From a virus (lineage: Duplodnaviria; Caudoviricetes), in the IMG/VR virus record IMGVR_UViG_3300044712_000786, positions 96,001 through 160,000 of that record: a DNA stretch of 64,000 nucleotides; one strand, 5' to 3'. The position numbers and the translations under genes were made by a program. The notes below the pieces were generated by a model. The model was not told the origin of the DNA. It made no database searches and was given only the letters and a program-made list of their open reading frames with translations. Shown here piece by piece: positions 62,629 through 64,000 of the stretch. Numbering within the stretch: the stretch's first letter is position 1; every line of letters begins with the position of its first letter.

Positions 62629-63717
62629 TTATTTTATTTCTAGTTTTCTAAATTTTCTATCACCGTAAAGAGCCGTTAAAATCTTCTGAAAATCCTGATA
62701 TAGTTCCCAAACATCTTGGCTTCTATGCTTATAACCTAAGAAACACGCCTTAAGCAATCCTCTTATAGCCCTCGGAACCGAATTAGGAACCTGTTTCGTG
62801 CTCGGGTCTCCCCCAAGCAGTGCTACCATACAAGTAGCAGCACTATACAAATCATAACCGAAATTTGCTACAAGTCCAGTCAAAATTTCAGGAGCGCAAT
62901 AGTCCTTATAATCAGGGCAGATGGCCCTTATTTTGTCCCCGACTTTGACGGAATGAGACCATCCAACTATAACACCATTATGAACTTCCGTATCGGTTAT
63001 ATCCCCCGACTTGATAATAATATGCGATGGATTTAATGCCCCGTGGACGACGCCAGCTTGATGAGCACAGAGCAAACCAGACAGAGTTCTATTAAACATC
63101 CAAGCAGCATCCCTAGGGTCAATCCCATTAGGGTAGTTGTCCAGAACTTTTTGTAAAGAGTAGTAGCCTTCATGCTTATCTAAAACGTTAACTTGTAATT
63201 TGACTTTATTTGAATCTTCTAATACAAATGAATCTCTTAGAACGGGAATATGTCTTAATACCTTTAAATCTTTAGAGGGCGACTCATTCCTTATCCAGTT
63301 TAGGATACTTGCCTCGTTGCGAAGCAAATCATTACTAGATGGGCTACGAGAAATTTTAACCAAAACCCCCTGCTTAGTATCAAAAATATCTGAAATATCC
63401 CCCGACTCGAAAAGAGTGGTAATGTTGTAAGTGCTTGTTTTGGAAGATATTACGACTTCTTCAGAAAGGACATTCTTATTTCCATAAGTACCATCCTTTA
63501 CTTTTTGTTCGGCTTGTTCTAAAAACTTACCCAAAAGAGTAAAAGCTTCATGCGCGAGATTTTTATCTGAGCATAAATCAGGATGGACTTTTTTAGCCCA
63601 ATCTCTATAAGCTACATCTAGCGACTCATTCTGTGGGACTTCCAATTCCCCAAATACATCCTCAGGGCAGGTTGCCTTTTGAAGGTCTTTGAATAATTTT
63701 TTGACTTTAGCAGACAC
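62629..63717 (-). CDS. J-domain / Ser-Thr kinase-like fusion protein
   Basis: N-terminal YRDWAKKVHPD; kinase-like VLVKI, NEASIL, HQAGVVHGALNPSHI, APE, DLYS. Confidence 0.8.
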   Translation of the reverse strand: MSAKVKKLFKDLQKATCPEDVFGELEVPQNESLDVAYRDWAKKVHPDLCSDKNLAHEAFTLLGKFLEQAEQKVKDGTYGNKNVLSEEVVISSKTSTYNITTLFESGDISDIFDTKQGVLVKISRSPSSNDLLRNEASILNWIRNESPSKDLKVLRHIPVLRDSFVLEDSNKVKLQVNVLDKHEGYYSLQKVLDNYPNGIDPRDAAWMFNRTLSGLLCAHQAGVVHGALNPSHIIIKSGDITDTEVHNGVIVGWSHSVKVGDKIRAICPDYKDYCAPEILTGLVANFGYDLYSAATCMVALLGGDPSTKQVPNSVPRAIRGLLKACFLGYKHRSQDVWELYQDFQKILTALYGDRKFRKLEIK

Positions 63718-64000
63718 TACCCAAGTCTAGCAATTATTTTTTGGAAGTCAACCGCTTAAAATCCTTTTCGTAAATGAAACCGTAATCAATACAAAAAAGC
63801 CCTTTATTTGTGACCGTAGCGACTGCAAAACAGGGAAATTCCTCTGGTTCTAATAGAGAATCCTTATGTGGGACATCGGCTATGCGATTTTCCATTATGG
63901 TTTTGAATTCGAGCCACTTTTTTTTATTTTTTAAAAATTTAAGGTTCAACTTTCAGCCCCCGCGTAGTCCTTATTTTTGCCTTAGGAATAGACCAGTAAA

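Noticed and set aside
1-64000. Alternative genetic code
   Set aside because: Long genes are intact under the standard code with all three stops used, and no suppressor tRNA was found.

Overview
AT-rich, densely packed window from a large dsDNA bacteriophage genome (jumbo-phage-like), with almost every gene on the minus strand. 1-36 kb is mostly small hypothetical ORFs. It also holds a DUF6745 pair, an HD hydrolase plus nucleotidyltransferase, a RuvB-like ATPase, rIIA/rIIB, HNH endonucleases, a cupin/CoaB-aldolase/methyltransferase operon, a phosphatase and a DEDDh exonuclease. 36.8-55.4 kb is a large tRNA region: about 35 hand-folded tRNAs covering all 20 amino acids, interspersed with tRNA-like and other structured RNAs. 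55.5-64 kb encodes a TROVE/Ro60-like DUF2828 vWA protein, a pyrimidine-dimer glycosylase and a PurA-vWA-J/kinase cluster. Most striking: (1) about 34 tRNAs replace the near-universal U55 with G55, lose the D-loop GG (mostly AG) and show covarying 54-58 pairs, while canonical elbows remain mainly in aberrant tRNA-like RNAs; (2) a 7-bp covarying stem plus AACAGCAA RNA motif occurs as a four-unit array and in the leader of the TROVE-like gene; (3) a circularly permuted, Y-RNA-like tRNA mimic is present. All RNA folds and coordinates were derived by hand and need computational confirmation.
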